Of a DNA stretch of 64,000 nucleotides, positions 48,726-57,853 are shown in pieces. The stretch's first letter is position 1, and the number at the start of each line of letters is the position of its first letter. The translations under genes and the position numbers were made by a program. This DNA is from Nitrosopumilus sp. (GTDB taxonomy: Archaea; Thermoproteota; Nitrososphaeria; Nitrososphaerales; Nitrosopumilaceae): positions 1,696,001 through 1,760,000 of the forward strand of contig OZ244651.1 of NCBI GenBank assembly GCA_965218695.1, given 5' to 3'. The notes below the pieces were generated by a model. The model ran no database searches. It was not told the origin of the DNA and saw only the letters and a program-made list of their open reading frames with translations.

Positions 48726-49467
48726 AGTCTGAAAGGACTGTCAACCTGTAACTAAAGTGTTGGGACGGCATGGGGGGAGGTGTTTCGTTGCAGGATGCAG
48801 TGTGACAGATACTCCCGGAATCATCTGCAGTCTGCCAACCGGTTGCCGGCTCAAGATATCCAAGATGATTGCATGCAAATCCAGCAGATGTCCCATATCC
48901 GTACAGCGTGTAGAGGTGCCCAGTATACAAAATACGTTATACCACCAAGATCTCCATGCGACAGTGTGGATGGACATGGGTTACCTGCGACCACAATAGC
49001 AGACATGCCAAGAAATGGGCATGTTGCAGTATTGGCACCTGATAGCTTCAATATATGACGACAGAAATTCCGAGGTTTTTGGAGATGCTATAATAAGATA
49101 ACAAAAAAGAATTTTTAATCAGAACCAGAAGAACAGTCATGGAGTAATTATCCGTTTACATGGATTCTTGCAGACAACGAAATGATGATTGTGTCGTTTT
49201 TGACAGTGCCAGAGGGCATCGAGGTTAAAGCTTTGTTGACAATTATTATTATTGCCCGGTATTGGCAAAATGGACCGCACGCAGCCAAAAAAAAGCAATC
49301 TTGTTTTGCCGGCATCCCACAAAAATCACGCAGACAGGCATCATGCCAAAGTTTTGGGTTGTCTGGCCCTTGGGAATCCATGGACACACAAAAACCCGGA
49401 TGCCCCCAGAGCGCAGGGAGGGTTTAAAACTATAAAAAACACGCCAAGAAAATCCCCTTGAAGAGAG

Positions 49468-50346
49468 TTGCTCAACTACGATGCCCCCCTGTACAGGCCG
49501 CCTTCTGAGGCAAGATCCCTGATATTTCAGGTGACGCTCGGGTGCTCGTTTAACGAGTGCTCCTTTTGCGACATGTACAGGTCAAAAGAGTACTCGGAAA
49601 GATCGTGGGACGAGGTGAAGGCAGAGATTGACATGATGGCCAGATACATGCCGGAGACCAGAAGGGTGTTTCTTGCAGACGGGGACGCGCTGAACCTTGA
49701 CACAGAATACATGATAAAGATTGTAAGGTACATCAAGGAAAAGTTCCAACATATTGAGAGGATATCCTGCTATGCAATGCCGATGAACATTCTCAAAAAG
49801 ACTCCCGACGAGCTGAGAAGGATGAATGAGGCCGGCCTTGACATGTTCTATCTTGGAATCGAGAGCGGATCAGACGTGGTACTCAAAAAGGTGACAAAGG
49901 GCGCCATTGCAAAGACCATCATCAAGTCAGTCAACAAGGCAAAGGACGCAGGGTACGTCATGTCGTGCATGATAATTCTCGGACTAGGCGGCAGGACGCA
50001 CTCCAAGGAGCACATCAGGGGCACTGCAGAAGTGATCAACGCATGTTCGCCGCACTACGTGGGTGCCTTGACCCTGTATCTTGAGAATGGGATAAAGCAG
50101 GAGTTTCTTGAAAAGTTCAAGGAGCCGTTTGTCAGGATTAATGATGACGAGTCGCTTGAGGAGCTCCACGACCTGATCAGCCGGATCAAGACACAAGAGA
50201 AGATCATATTCAGGGCAAACCACGGCTCCAATGCGTATACAATCAAGGGCACCTTCCCGCAGGACAGGCAGGCAATGCTGGACAGGGTCGGGTGGATGAT
50301 GCAGCATCCCGAGATTGTGCGCCCCCAGGGACTGCGCGGTTTCTAG
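49468..50346 (+). CDS. Radical SAM protein
   Basis: YRPPSEA, CSFNECSFC, FLADGDAL, FRANHGSN. Confidence 0.9.
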   Translation: MLNYDAPLYRPPSEARSLIFQVTLGCSFNECSFCDMYRSKEYSERSWDEVKAEIDMMARYMPETRRVFLADGDALNLDTEYMIKIVRYIKEKFQHIERISCYAMPMNILKKTPDELRRMNEAGLDMFYLGIESGSDVVLKKVTKGAIAKTIIKSVNKAKDAGYVMSCMIILGLGGRTHSKEHIRGTAEVINACSPHYVGALTLYLENGIKQEFLEKFKEPFVRINDDESLEELHDLISRIKTQEKIIFRANHGSNAYTIKGTFPQDRQAMLDRVGWMMQHPEIVRPQGLRGF

Positions 50347-50347
50347 C

Positions 50348-50599
50348 CTAGAGGCTGTCTATGACCGGTGCCAGACTCTCAGGCAGATCCGGCAGCTCCG
50401 TATGGCTTTCATTGTTTTGAAGAATCTCAGGACCAATGCGCCTTACCCGCTGCGTGCCAAGAAGGGTGTCGATGCTCCTCTGAATGTCCTTCTCTGAGAG
50501 TACGGCCCTGAGCCTTTCAGTGACAGTCTCCTCGTCCTCATACTTTTTAATCGCATGCTGGACAAGGATTATCTTCTCCTCGGATGAGAGATCTGCCAT
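50348..50599 (-). CDS. Hypothetical protein
   Basis: MADLSSEEKIILVQHAIKK...; protein-like composition. Confidence 0.7.
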   Translation of the reverse strand: MADLSSEEKIILVQHAIKKYEDEETVTERLRAVLSEKDIQRSIDTLLGTQRVRRIGPEILQNNESHTELPDLPESLAPVIDSL

Positions 50600-50710
50600 A
50601 CCACCGGCAGGCGTCGCAGGACTAATAACCGTTGTCAGAACAATCGTCCCGAATGGCCTCCGGACCATTCCAGTAATGGTTAAAATACGAAGAAGACGTA
50701 ACCGTTCCAG

Positions 50711-51202
50711 ATGGAAGGCAAACTAGAGGTTGTTTCAAACGTACTGAGGATCAGGCGATACGCCACAATAGCAGTGATCAGCGGACTGGGGATGGGCGTG
50801 ATATACTATCTTCTGACCATGTCCATGCTGCCTGAGCATATCGACATAGTATCCGAATCCATGCCGTTCTACATTGCCACATCCCTCACGCTCACGGCCG
50901 TGGTGTCCGGTCTTGCGGGGGTCAATTTTGCCATGGTGGCATTCAAGATCAGCAGGATGAGAATGATGAGGTCGGTAAAGTCAGACTCGTCTGCCGTGCT
51001 CGGAGGCGCGTTTGCAGCATTCACCCCCGGGTGTCCTGCGTGTACTGCGCCCCTGGCAGTGATCCTGGGCGCAGTCGGAGGGCTGTCGCTGTTTCCCATG
51101 CAGGGCCTGGAACTAAAGTTCGTCTCAGTCGGGGTGCTGTGCTTTTCCATATGGTGGGTTGCAAGGGGGCTTCAGGCCCGCAGCTGCTGCAAGATTGGAT
51201 AA
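50711..51202 (+). CDS. Membrane protein with CPAC motif (possible metal binding)
   Basis: 4 TM segments, GCPAC, C-terminal CC. Confidence 0.75.
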   Translation: MEGKLEVVSNVLRIRRYATIAVISGLGMGVIYYLLTMSMLPEHIDIVSESMPFYIATSLTLTAVVSGLAGVNFAMVAFKISRMRMMRSVKSDSSAVLGGAFAAFTPGCPACTAPLAVILGAVGGLSLFPMQGLELKFVSVGVLCFSIWWVARGLQARSCCKIG

Positions 51203-51243
51203 CATTCCGCCGGAGTTCCCGCGGGTATGGCACACGGCATCTC

Positions 51244-51693
51244 TCACTCGGGATTCCTCTCAAAGAAGAGTGCTGACTGCCTGAATCCCAGATTCCCGTA
51301 GAATTCGTGGGCATCTGCCCTCTGGTTTCCGGATTCCAGTCTCATCCTGTGGCATTCCTTCTTCCCTGCAATATGCGCACACCTGTCGACAAGCTTCTCC
51401 CCTATTCCCATTCCCCTGTACTCCGGGAGGACTACCAGTTCCGGGATGTACATCTCGGGGGTCTTTTGGTTGAGCCGTGGCAGCAGAATCATGCTCATCA
51501 TGCCCACGATCTTTACATCGTCGATCTCTGCCACAAGCACGTACTTGTCCTGGTCCCTGATGTATTCCCCGAGGCGCCTTCGAAACAGATCGACGTCGTC
51601 ATCCTCCTGCGGTTTTGGGCGTCCAAGCTCGTAGAGCAGTCCGAGTATGACAGGAACATCGGCATCGGTGCCATCCCTGATGAGGCAATTCAT
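51244..51693 (-). CDS. GNAT N-acetyltransferase
   Basis: LVVLPEYRGMGIG, AHEFYGNLGF. Confidence 0.9.
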   Translation of the reverse strand: MNCLIRDGTDADVPVILGLLYELGRPKPQEDDDVDLFRRRLGEYIRDQDKYVLVAEIDDVKIVGMMSMILLPRLNQKTPEMYIPELVVLPEYRGMGIGEKLVDRCAHIAGKKECHRMRLESGNQRADAHEFYGNLGFRQSALFFERNPE

Positions 51694-51752
51694 AGGGTAG
51701 ACAAGTCGTCTCAGGTATAAAGCCCATCCCCTCGGGCAAGGCCGCCGCCGCA

Positions 51753-52523
51753 CTAGACCCTTGAAAAGAAGATCTCAAGGCATTCTGCGAACCGCCCGTT
51801 CAGTTTCTGAAGGCGGGTCTGGTCCATCTCGAGGGAATCCCCATCAAACCAGGACGGTGCCAGATACATGCTCCGGTTCATCTCAATCTGAATCCATGGT
51901 ATCGGGTTGTTGCCGTATGTCCTGGTTATGTAGCCCCCGTGGAACGGATCGTTAATGGAGACGTCCTTCCTGTCCACCTGGAACGACTCGGATATGCAGT
52001 CGGCCAGAAGATGCATCATCTCCTCAGACGAGGTCCTGCCGTCCCAGTTTGACATGCAGAATGCCGGCCTGCCGCTCTTGTTCCCGTCCGGGGAGACATC
52101 AGGCGCATGCGAGGCCATGGAGTGGCAGTCAAGGCACACCTGCACGTCCAGCTCCCGGACGCTCCTTTGGATCTCCCTATGGTACGGCATGTAGTACCTT
52201 CGAACCAGAAGGGACCTGAGGGACTCGTCAGGCTCGGCGCCGGCGCGGTATATGGGCCTCTGATGGCACGTGGCGCTCTTTATCAGGCCGTCAGGATTCT
52301 GCGGGGGCATGTCCTGAAGGGAGCGGTTCATGTCAACAAACGCCCGCGCAATGTCAGTCTTTACCACGTGCTGCACCATCCCCCCCAGGTCGTAAATCTC
52401 AGCCACAAACGGGTCAGAGTCATCAAAGAGATCCTTCTCAGTTATGCGCAGGCGGCCCCGCAGCTCCTGCGGTGCCGCGGTTCCCCCGTGGGGTATCGAC
52501 AGGAGCGCCGGCAGCGCCGTCAT
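51753..52523 (-). CDS. N-formylglutamate amidohydrolase family protein
   Basis: SIPHGG, ARAFVDMNR, YYMPYH, DCHSM, NDPFHGGYIT, IQIEMNRSMYL. Confidence 0.9.
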   Translation of the reverse strand: MTALPALLSIPHGGTAAPQELRGRLRITEKDLFDDSDPFVAEIYDLGGMVQHVVKTDIARAFVDMNRSLQDMPPQNPDGLIKSATCHQRPIYRAGAEPDESLRSLLVRRYYMPYHREIQRSVRELDVQVCLDCHSMASHAPDVSPDGNKSGRPAFCMSNWDGRTSSEEMMHLLADCISESFQVDRKDVSINDPFHGGYITRTYGNNPIPWIQIEMNRSMYLAPSWFDGDSLEMDQTRLQKLNGRFAECLEIFFSRV

Positions 52524-54148
52524 TCCGGCCCCTCTGCTGTTCCGTCGCGCCTGACCTCGGCGACCCCCTGGAACCCCTCCCCGCTGTTCCTCTTCAGGAC
52601 TGCGTGTATTGCGCCCATAAAGAACGAGTACCTGTCCCGTACGTCTATCTTGTAGCCGGTCTTCTTCAGCTGTCTTATGATGTCAGAGGCATGCTCGTCT
52701 TTCTCTATGCTTACCTTTCCGTCAAGGGAGCAGTGGATTCTGGGCTTTGACATTGCCACATTGATCGGGTCGCTACCGTCAATCACGCGCGATATGAAAT
52801 GGCTCACGACTGAAAAGATTCTCGAGGAACCCGGGCTTCCCAGGACCATCCACGGCTCGTGGTTGTAAAAGATGATTGCAGGGGATACGGACGTCCAGGG
52901 GATCGAGTTCGGCCTGAGATAGAACGGGTGGTTCGGGTTCTCAAACTCAAAGGCGGACATGTAGTTGTTGTACAGAAATCCGAGGCCGTCGGCTGCGGCC
53001 TTTGAGCCGTACACCAGCTCGATGGACTGGGTGATGCCCACGGCGTTTCCCTCCCCGTCCATCACCGAAAGGTGCGTCGTATCCTCTATGTCCGGCGACT
53101 CCCTCAGCGGCAGGTCGGGATCGATAGAGTCCCGGATTGATTTGGAGAGGGATCTTGCAAACTTTCTGCTCAGGTGGGTCCTCTGGTCTATCTGGTGGTA
53201 TGTCACGGGGTTGAACTTTCTCTGCGTCCTGTACAGCAGCGCCTTCCGGAACGTCTCGGCTACAAAGTGGTACGACTGCGGATCCTTGCCTCTGAGAAAC
53301 GGCCTCTTCAGGTTTTCAAGCATCATCAGCACCAGCAGCATCGTATCGCCTGCGGAGGGGGGCGGCATGGTCGAGACCCTGATTCCGCGGTATCTTCTGC
53401 TGAGCGGCTTGCGTTCGACGGGTTCGGGTATCAGCGCAAGGTCCTCCAGGTGCAGAAACCCGCGGTTGATCCTCATGTCCTTGTCAATCAGCCTGGCGAT
53501 CATTCCGTGGTAGAATGAGCGGTAGCCGTTCTGTGATATGTACTTGAGGGTCTCTGCAAGATCCTCCTGGACAAACAGATCCCCGACGCCGTATGGCTCC
53601 ATGCCGTCCTTGAGAAAGTACCTTGCACCGGACTGGGATCCCACCCTGAAGAACTTTGCAAGGTTATCCACCTGCAGATCGTGCTGGAGTTGGGTTATCC
53701 TGTATCCGTTCCTTGCAATGCGGATTGCCGGCTCTGCCACGTCTGCCCAGCCCAGCCGCCCGTACGTCTCGCTGAGGTATCCCAGTGTCGCAACCGTGCT
53801 GGGAACAGTCGTTGCCTTGTATCCTATGAACCTGCGGGAGTGCTTCTCATAGAATGCTCTGTGCGCAAGGGACGGGGCCCTGCTTGAGCCGTCGACTGCT
53901 ATGGTCTTGCCGTCAATGCTCATGATGGCAAGGGACTGGCCGCCTATGCCGGATGACTGGGGCTCGCAGACTCCCAGCGCAAGGGCCGTGGCACATGCAG
54001 CATCGACTGCGTTTCCGCCCTTTTCAAGCATGCTCACCCCCGCCCTGGTGGCCTCGGGAAATGCAGAGGAGACCATTCCGCCCCGGGCAGCAGAGCACTT
54101 CTTGTCAGGCGACGGCCGGAACGAGTCCTCTATCTTTTCAATGTCCAT
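52520..54148 (-). CDS. ggt: Gamma-glutamyltransferase (no signal peptide)
   Basis: GGNAVDAA, SGIGG, catalytic DTTHLSVMD, GSPGSSRI. Confidence 0.92.
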   Translation of the reverse strand: MDIEKIEDSFRPSPDKKCSAARGGMVSSAFPEATRAGVSMLEKGGNAVDAACATALALGVCEPQSSGIGGQSLAIMSIDGKTIAVDGSSRAPSLAHRAFYEKHSRRFIGYKATTVPSTVATLGYLSETYGRLGWADVAEPAIRIARNGYRITQLQHDLQVDNLAKFFRVGSQSGARYFLKDGMEPYGVGDLFVQEDLAETLKYISQNGYRSFYHGMIARLIDKDMRINRGFLHLEDLALIPEPVERKPLSRRYRGIRVSTMPPPSAGDTMLLVLMMLENLKRPFLRGKDPQSYHFVAETFRKALLYRTQRKFNPVTYHQIDQRTHLSRKFARSLSKSIRDSIDPDLPLRESPDIEDTTHLSVMDGEGNAVGITQSIELVYGSKAAADGLGFLYNNYMSAFEFENPNHPFYLRPNSIPWTSVSPAIIFYNHEPWMVLGSPGSSRIFSVVSHFISRVIDGSDPINVAMSKPRIHCSLDGKVSIEKDEHASDIIRQLKKTGYKIDVRDRYSFFMGAIHAVLKRNSGEGFQGVAEVRRDGTAEGPE

Positions 54149-54959
54149 ATAGATCCTTCCCGCAGTGGGGGCATTTGTTCCCGCCCTGCCCCCTCTTCCT
54201 TCTCAGCTCCTCGGTAAACGCAGATGCCATTATTCCCGCCGGAATGGCATACACTGCGATCCCAAGTATGGCAACCCCGCTGGCAATTACCTTGCCTAGG
54301 ACAGTGACAGGGTATGTGTCGCCGTACCCTATGGTAGTCAGCGTGACTATCCCCCACCACATCGATGCCGGAATGCTGGAGAAGACATCCGGCTGCGCTG
54401 CGTTCTCTGCATAGTACATCAGGCTGGAGGCAAAGATCACCATTATAAACAGGATAAAGAACGCAACAGACAGGTCGCCGGCCTTGGCACGCAGCACTGC
54501 GCCAAACGTATGCATGGAGTCCGAGTATCGGGCAAGTTTGAGGAGCCGGAAGAGCCGGAGCAGCCGGATTATTCTGATGAATCGAAGATCGACCACGACA
54601 AACGGCAGGAAGAACGGCAGTATGGCGGCCAAGTCGACGAGCATCATAGGGCTGAATACCAGCCGGAGCAGGGAGTACCTGGTGGTGCGGTGCTTTGGGT
54701 TCATCCGGTACACGACTATCCTCCCTGCGTACTCTGCAGTGAACACTATCACCGAGAATACCTCAAACGGGGTGAAAAAATAGCCGTACTCGTCCAGCAC
54801 CGACTCCTCAGTCTCAAGCATTACAAACAGGACGTTGACTACTATCATGGAGACGATAAATATATGAAACCCCCAGGTCGCCTTGTCCTTGGCGGTTCCC
54901 TCGAGTATCTCGTATGTGCGCAGGGTTGCCCTGTTAGCCAGGGTGCCAGACGCCGCCAC
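54138..54959 (-). CDS. Voltage-gated potassium channel
   Basis: S4 RFIRIIRLLRLFRLLKLARY; TTIGYGD filter; C-terminal CPHCG. Confidence 0.93.
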   Translation of the reverse strand: MAASGTLANRATLRTYEILEGTAKDKATWGFHIFIVSMIVVNVLFVMLETEESVLDEYGYFFTPFEVFSVIVFTAEYAGRIVVYRMNPKHRTTRYSLLRLVFSPMMLVDLAAILPFFLPFVVVDLRFIRIIRLLRLFRLLKLARYSDSMHTFGAVLRAKAGDLSVAFFILFIMVIFASSLMYYAENAAQPDVFSSIPASMWWGIVTLTTIGYGDTYPVTVLGKVIASGVAILGIAVYAIPAGIMASAFTEELRRKRGQGGNKCPHCGKDLYGH

Positions 54960-56602
54960 TATACCCAGCTCCTCTTCTTGAACCACACCATCATCACGAC
55001 CACTATAACCAGCATGCCTGAAAGCATGACAAAGTAGCTTCCATCCCATGCCAGCTCCGGGATGTGCTGAAAGTTTGTCCCGTATATGCCGGCGATGAAC
55101 GTGATCGGGATGAATATGCTTGCAATTATCGTCAGGGTCTTCATGACCTCGTTCATCTTGTTGCTCACGCTGGAGAGGTAGGTGTCAAGCATCCCCCCTA
55201 CCATGTCCCGGAGCCCCTCGATGTTGTCCATCACCTGGACTGTGTGGTTGTAGACGTCGCGGAGGTATCTTCTTGTGGATTCGCGGACGATCTCAGACTC
55301 CATCCTGCCGAACCCGTCTATGACCTCCCTGAGCGGCCAGATGGACTTTCTCAGGGTCACCATCTCCCTCTTCAAGCTGTGGATGGTCTGCAGCGTCTGC
55401 GGGTTGGGATTTGTCATCAGCTCCTCTTCAAGCTGCTCGGACTGGATGCCTATCTTTTCCAGTATCACGTAATAGTAGTCGATTATGGCATCGGCCAGCG
55501 CATATGCAAGGTAGTCGCTTGTGCTCTCCCGTATACGTCCAAGGTTCTTTTCCAGCCTCTCCCGGATGTTGTCAAAGACGTCATCGTTGGTCTCCTGGAA
55601 CGACACCACGTAATCCTTCCCCACAACCAGGCTGACCTGCTCCATGAACAGGCGGTTGTTGGACAGGATGTGCGGCAGCTTGAGGATCATGTACAGGCAG
55701 TTGCCGTGATCGTCTATCCTTGGCCGCAGCTCGGTATTCATTATATCTGACTGCACGAGGCTGTGCAGCGCGTAGTGATCCCCGACCTTCTTGATGACAT
55801 CAGCATCATGCAGTCCGACTATGTTGGTCCATGTCACCCCGGACCGACCATCATCGGCAAAGCATTCCTCGACGGATTCTATCGTATTCCTGGAAAAGTT
55901 GTCCTTGTCAAACTTTATCTGGACTATGTCGACTTTGTCTACCAGCTTTGCCCCCACGTGCACCAGCTCGCCTGGCTGCAGCCCTATGGTCTCAGAGGAC
56001 GTCATGACATCGGCATGCCCCTTTCGGAGAATCTTCGAGAGATCCATCATGTTGATAAAGCCTGTATTCTGGGCAATCTGGGCAACCCCGGAGGTCCTGC
56101 TGACGATGCCCACTATTGCAAACCCGGCGATCATGGAGAACAGCAGGCTTATTCCAAGCGGCCCAAGGTCCCCGGCCACGGCCGACTGGTAGATTGCATG
56201 GACGTCGGTGGCATCACCGGCAGTCACCACGGAGCCTATCAGCAGGTCGATCAGGAAGAAGACGAACGATATCATCGCGCCCACGATTATGACGGTAAGC
56301 GGGGTGATCCTTGCCGGGATGTTGATGTTCTTTTCCTGCTTGTACGGCGAGAGGTATCTCTTGTTCTTTACGATGAGTATGGCAATCATGGTGATGATCA
56401 CCGTGGAGAGTATCCACCAGGCTATCACCCACAGTCCCTGGCCCGAGTCGGCCTGCTGTATCCCCCAGATCAGATCCTGGATGTTTCCGGTGAGGGGCAG
56501 CGACAGAAGGGAGGTTGCAGCGCCGACAAACATCTGGTAGACAAACGCAAACACAAATCCCAGAACCAGCCTGTTTACGACTATTCCTATTTGTGCCCTC
56601 AA
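54959..56602 (-). CDS. corA: CorA-family transporter with extra N-terminal 4-TM domain
   Basis: LRDVYNH, MNEVMKTLT, PITFIAGIYGTNF..PEL. Confidence 0.9.
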   Translation of the reverse strand: MRAQIGIVVNRLVLGFVFAFVYQMFVGAATSLLSLPLTGNIQDLIWGIQQADSGQGLWVIAWWILSTVIITMIAILIVKNKRYLSPYKQEKNINIPARITPLTVIIVGAMISFVFFLIDLLIGSVVTAGDATDVHAIYQSAVAGDLGPLGISLLFSMIAGFAIVGIVSRTSGVAQIAQNTGFINMMDLSKILRKGHADVMTSSETIGLQPGELVHVGAKLVDKVDIVQIKFDKDNFSRNTIESVEECFADDGRSGVTWTNIVGLHDADVIKKVGDHYALHSLVQSDIMNTELRPRIDDHGNCLYMILKLPHILSNNRLFMEQVSLVVGKDYVVSFQETNDDVFDNIRERLEKNLGRIRESTSDYLAYALADAIIDYYYVILEKIGIQSEQLEEELMTNPNPQTLQTIHSLKREMVTLRKSIWPLREVIDGFGRMESEIVRESTRRYLRDVYNHTVQVMDNIEGLRDMVGGMLDTYLSSVSNKMNEVMKTLTIIASIFIPITFIAGIYGTNFQHIPELAWDGSYFVMLSGMLVIVVVMMVWFKKRSWV

Positions 56603-57853
56603 TCAGTCTTTCCTCCGGCGTATGCGTATCCTGGTGGGCCTGTTCTTCTCCACCTGCTCTACGGTAAACTCTAGGGAATCTACAGATACAGAGTCGTCCG
56701 GTTTTGGTATGTCGCGGAGCCTTTCATGCAAAAGGCCGCTGAGTGTGGAATAGTCGTCGCCTGGGGGGATCTCTGTCTTGAAGTATCTGTTGATGGCATC
56801 GATCTCGATGTCGCCGTCGGCAAGTATCGTTGAAGAGTCCACCACGGCATACGGAAGACGCCGCAGATCAGTCTCGTCATAAATCTCGCCCACTATCTCC
56901 TCGATCACGTCCTCAAGGGTTACCAGCCCCTCGACTCCGCCAAACTCGTCAACTACTATTGCCATGTGGTTCTTTTCTGACTGCATCTGCCTGAGCAGGT
57001 CGCTTGTCCTCTTCTCCTGGGAGACGTAGATGGGTCTTCTGACCAGATCCTCAAGCGGGGTCGCATGAAGACTCGGATCCCTGAGATGCTGCAGCATGTC
57101 CCGTACGTGCAGGATCCCCATTATGTCGTCTGTGTCCCTGCCGTATATTGGAATCCTGGAGTGCCCCGTCTGGTGTATCAGGTCGGCTGCATCTGCAAGC
57201 AGGGTGTCCTTTTGCAGGCAGAACATCCTTGTACGCGGAACCATGACTGAGCGGATGACGTTGTGGTTGAATTCAAGCGCGCTCTGCAGCAGGTTCCTCT
57301 GGTCCAGTCCCAGTGCCTTGTCCCGGTGCCCCTGGTCTATTATCCCCCGAATCTCATCGCCGGTCAGTGCAGGCGGAAGATAGTCGCTTCCGGTGATTCG
57401 TATTATTCCCCGCGAGATCTTCTCCAGGATCCACACTGCAGGATAAAAGGCGTAGCTGAATGCCAGCAGTACCCGGGCAAACCTCAGGGAGACCTTTGTG
57501 GCGTTTGCGTTGCAGTATGTCTTGGGGGTGACCTCGCCAAATATGATTACAAGAAAGGTCATGATTCCCACGGCAATTCCCAGCCCGTTCTCCCCGAAGA
57601 TCTCGATGGACACGACAGTCGCAAGCGAGGCGGATCCTATGTTTACAAGGTTGTTTCCAAGGTTGACACTTGACATCATCCATCCGGGATTTGACTTTAG
57701 CTTTTGTAGGGAGCGGGCCCCCTTTGCGTTCTCCTTTACCAGGCGCCCGATCGTGGCCTGTGATGTGCCGACCAGTGCCACCTCGAGCCCGCTGAAGAAC
57801 CCTGAAAGGCCGATAAGGGCTGCAAGGGATGCCAGTGCAAGTTCAAGGGCCAT
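56603..57853 (-). CDS. CNNM/CorB (hemolysin-like DUF21-CBS-CorC) protein
   Basis: FFSGLE, FGEVTPK, HSRIPIY, VVDEFGG..G.VTLEDVIEEIVGEI.DE. Confidence 0.93.
   Translation of the reverse strand: MALELALASLAALIGLSGFFSGLEVALVGTSQATIGRLVKENAKGARSLQKLKSNPGWMMSSVNLGNNLVNIGSASLATVVSIEIFGENGLGIAVGIMTFLVIIFGEVTPKTYCNANATKVSLRFARVLLAFSYAFYPAVWILEKISRGIIRITGSDYLPPALTGDEIRGIIDQGHRDKALGLDQRNLLQSALEFNHNVIRSVMVPRTRMFCLQKDTLLADAADLIHQTGHSRIPIYGRDTDDIMGILHVRDMLQHLRDPSLHATPLEDLVRRPIYVSQEKRTSDLLRQMQSEKNHMAIVVDEFGGVEGLVTLEDVIEEIVGEIYDETDLRRLPYAVVDSSTILADGDIEIDAINRYFKTEIPPGDDYSTLSGLLHERLRDIPKPDDSVSVDSLEFTVEQVEKNRPTRIRIRRRKD

Noticed and set aside
48741-49430. Short overlapping ORFs between arsR and the radical SAM gene
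   Set aside because: No recognisable motif; possibly decayed gene fragments but not supportable.
55763-56674. Long antisense ORFs (here and opposite many genes)
   Set aside because: Shadow frames of GC-rich coding sequence with no domain motifs.
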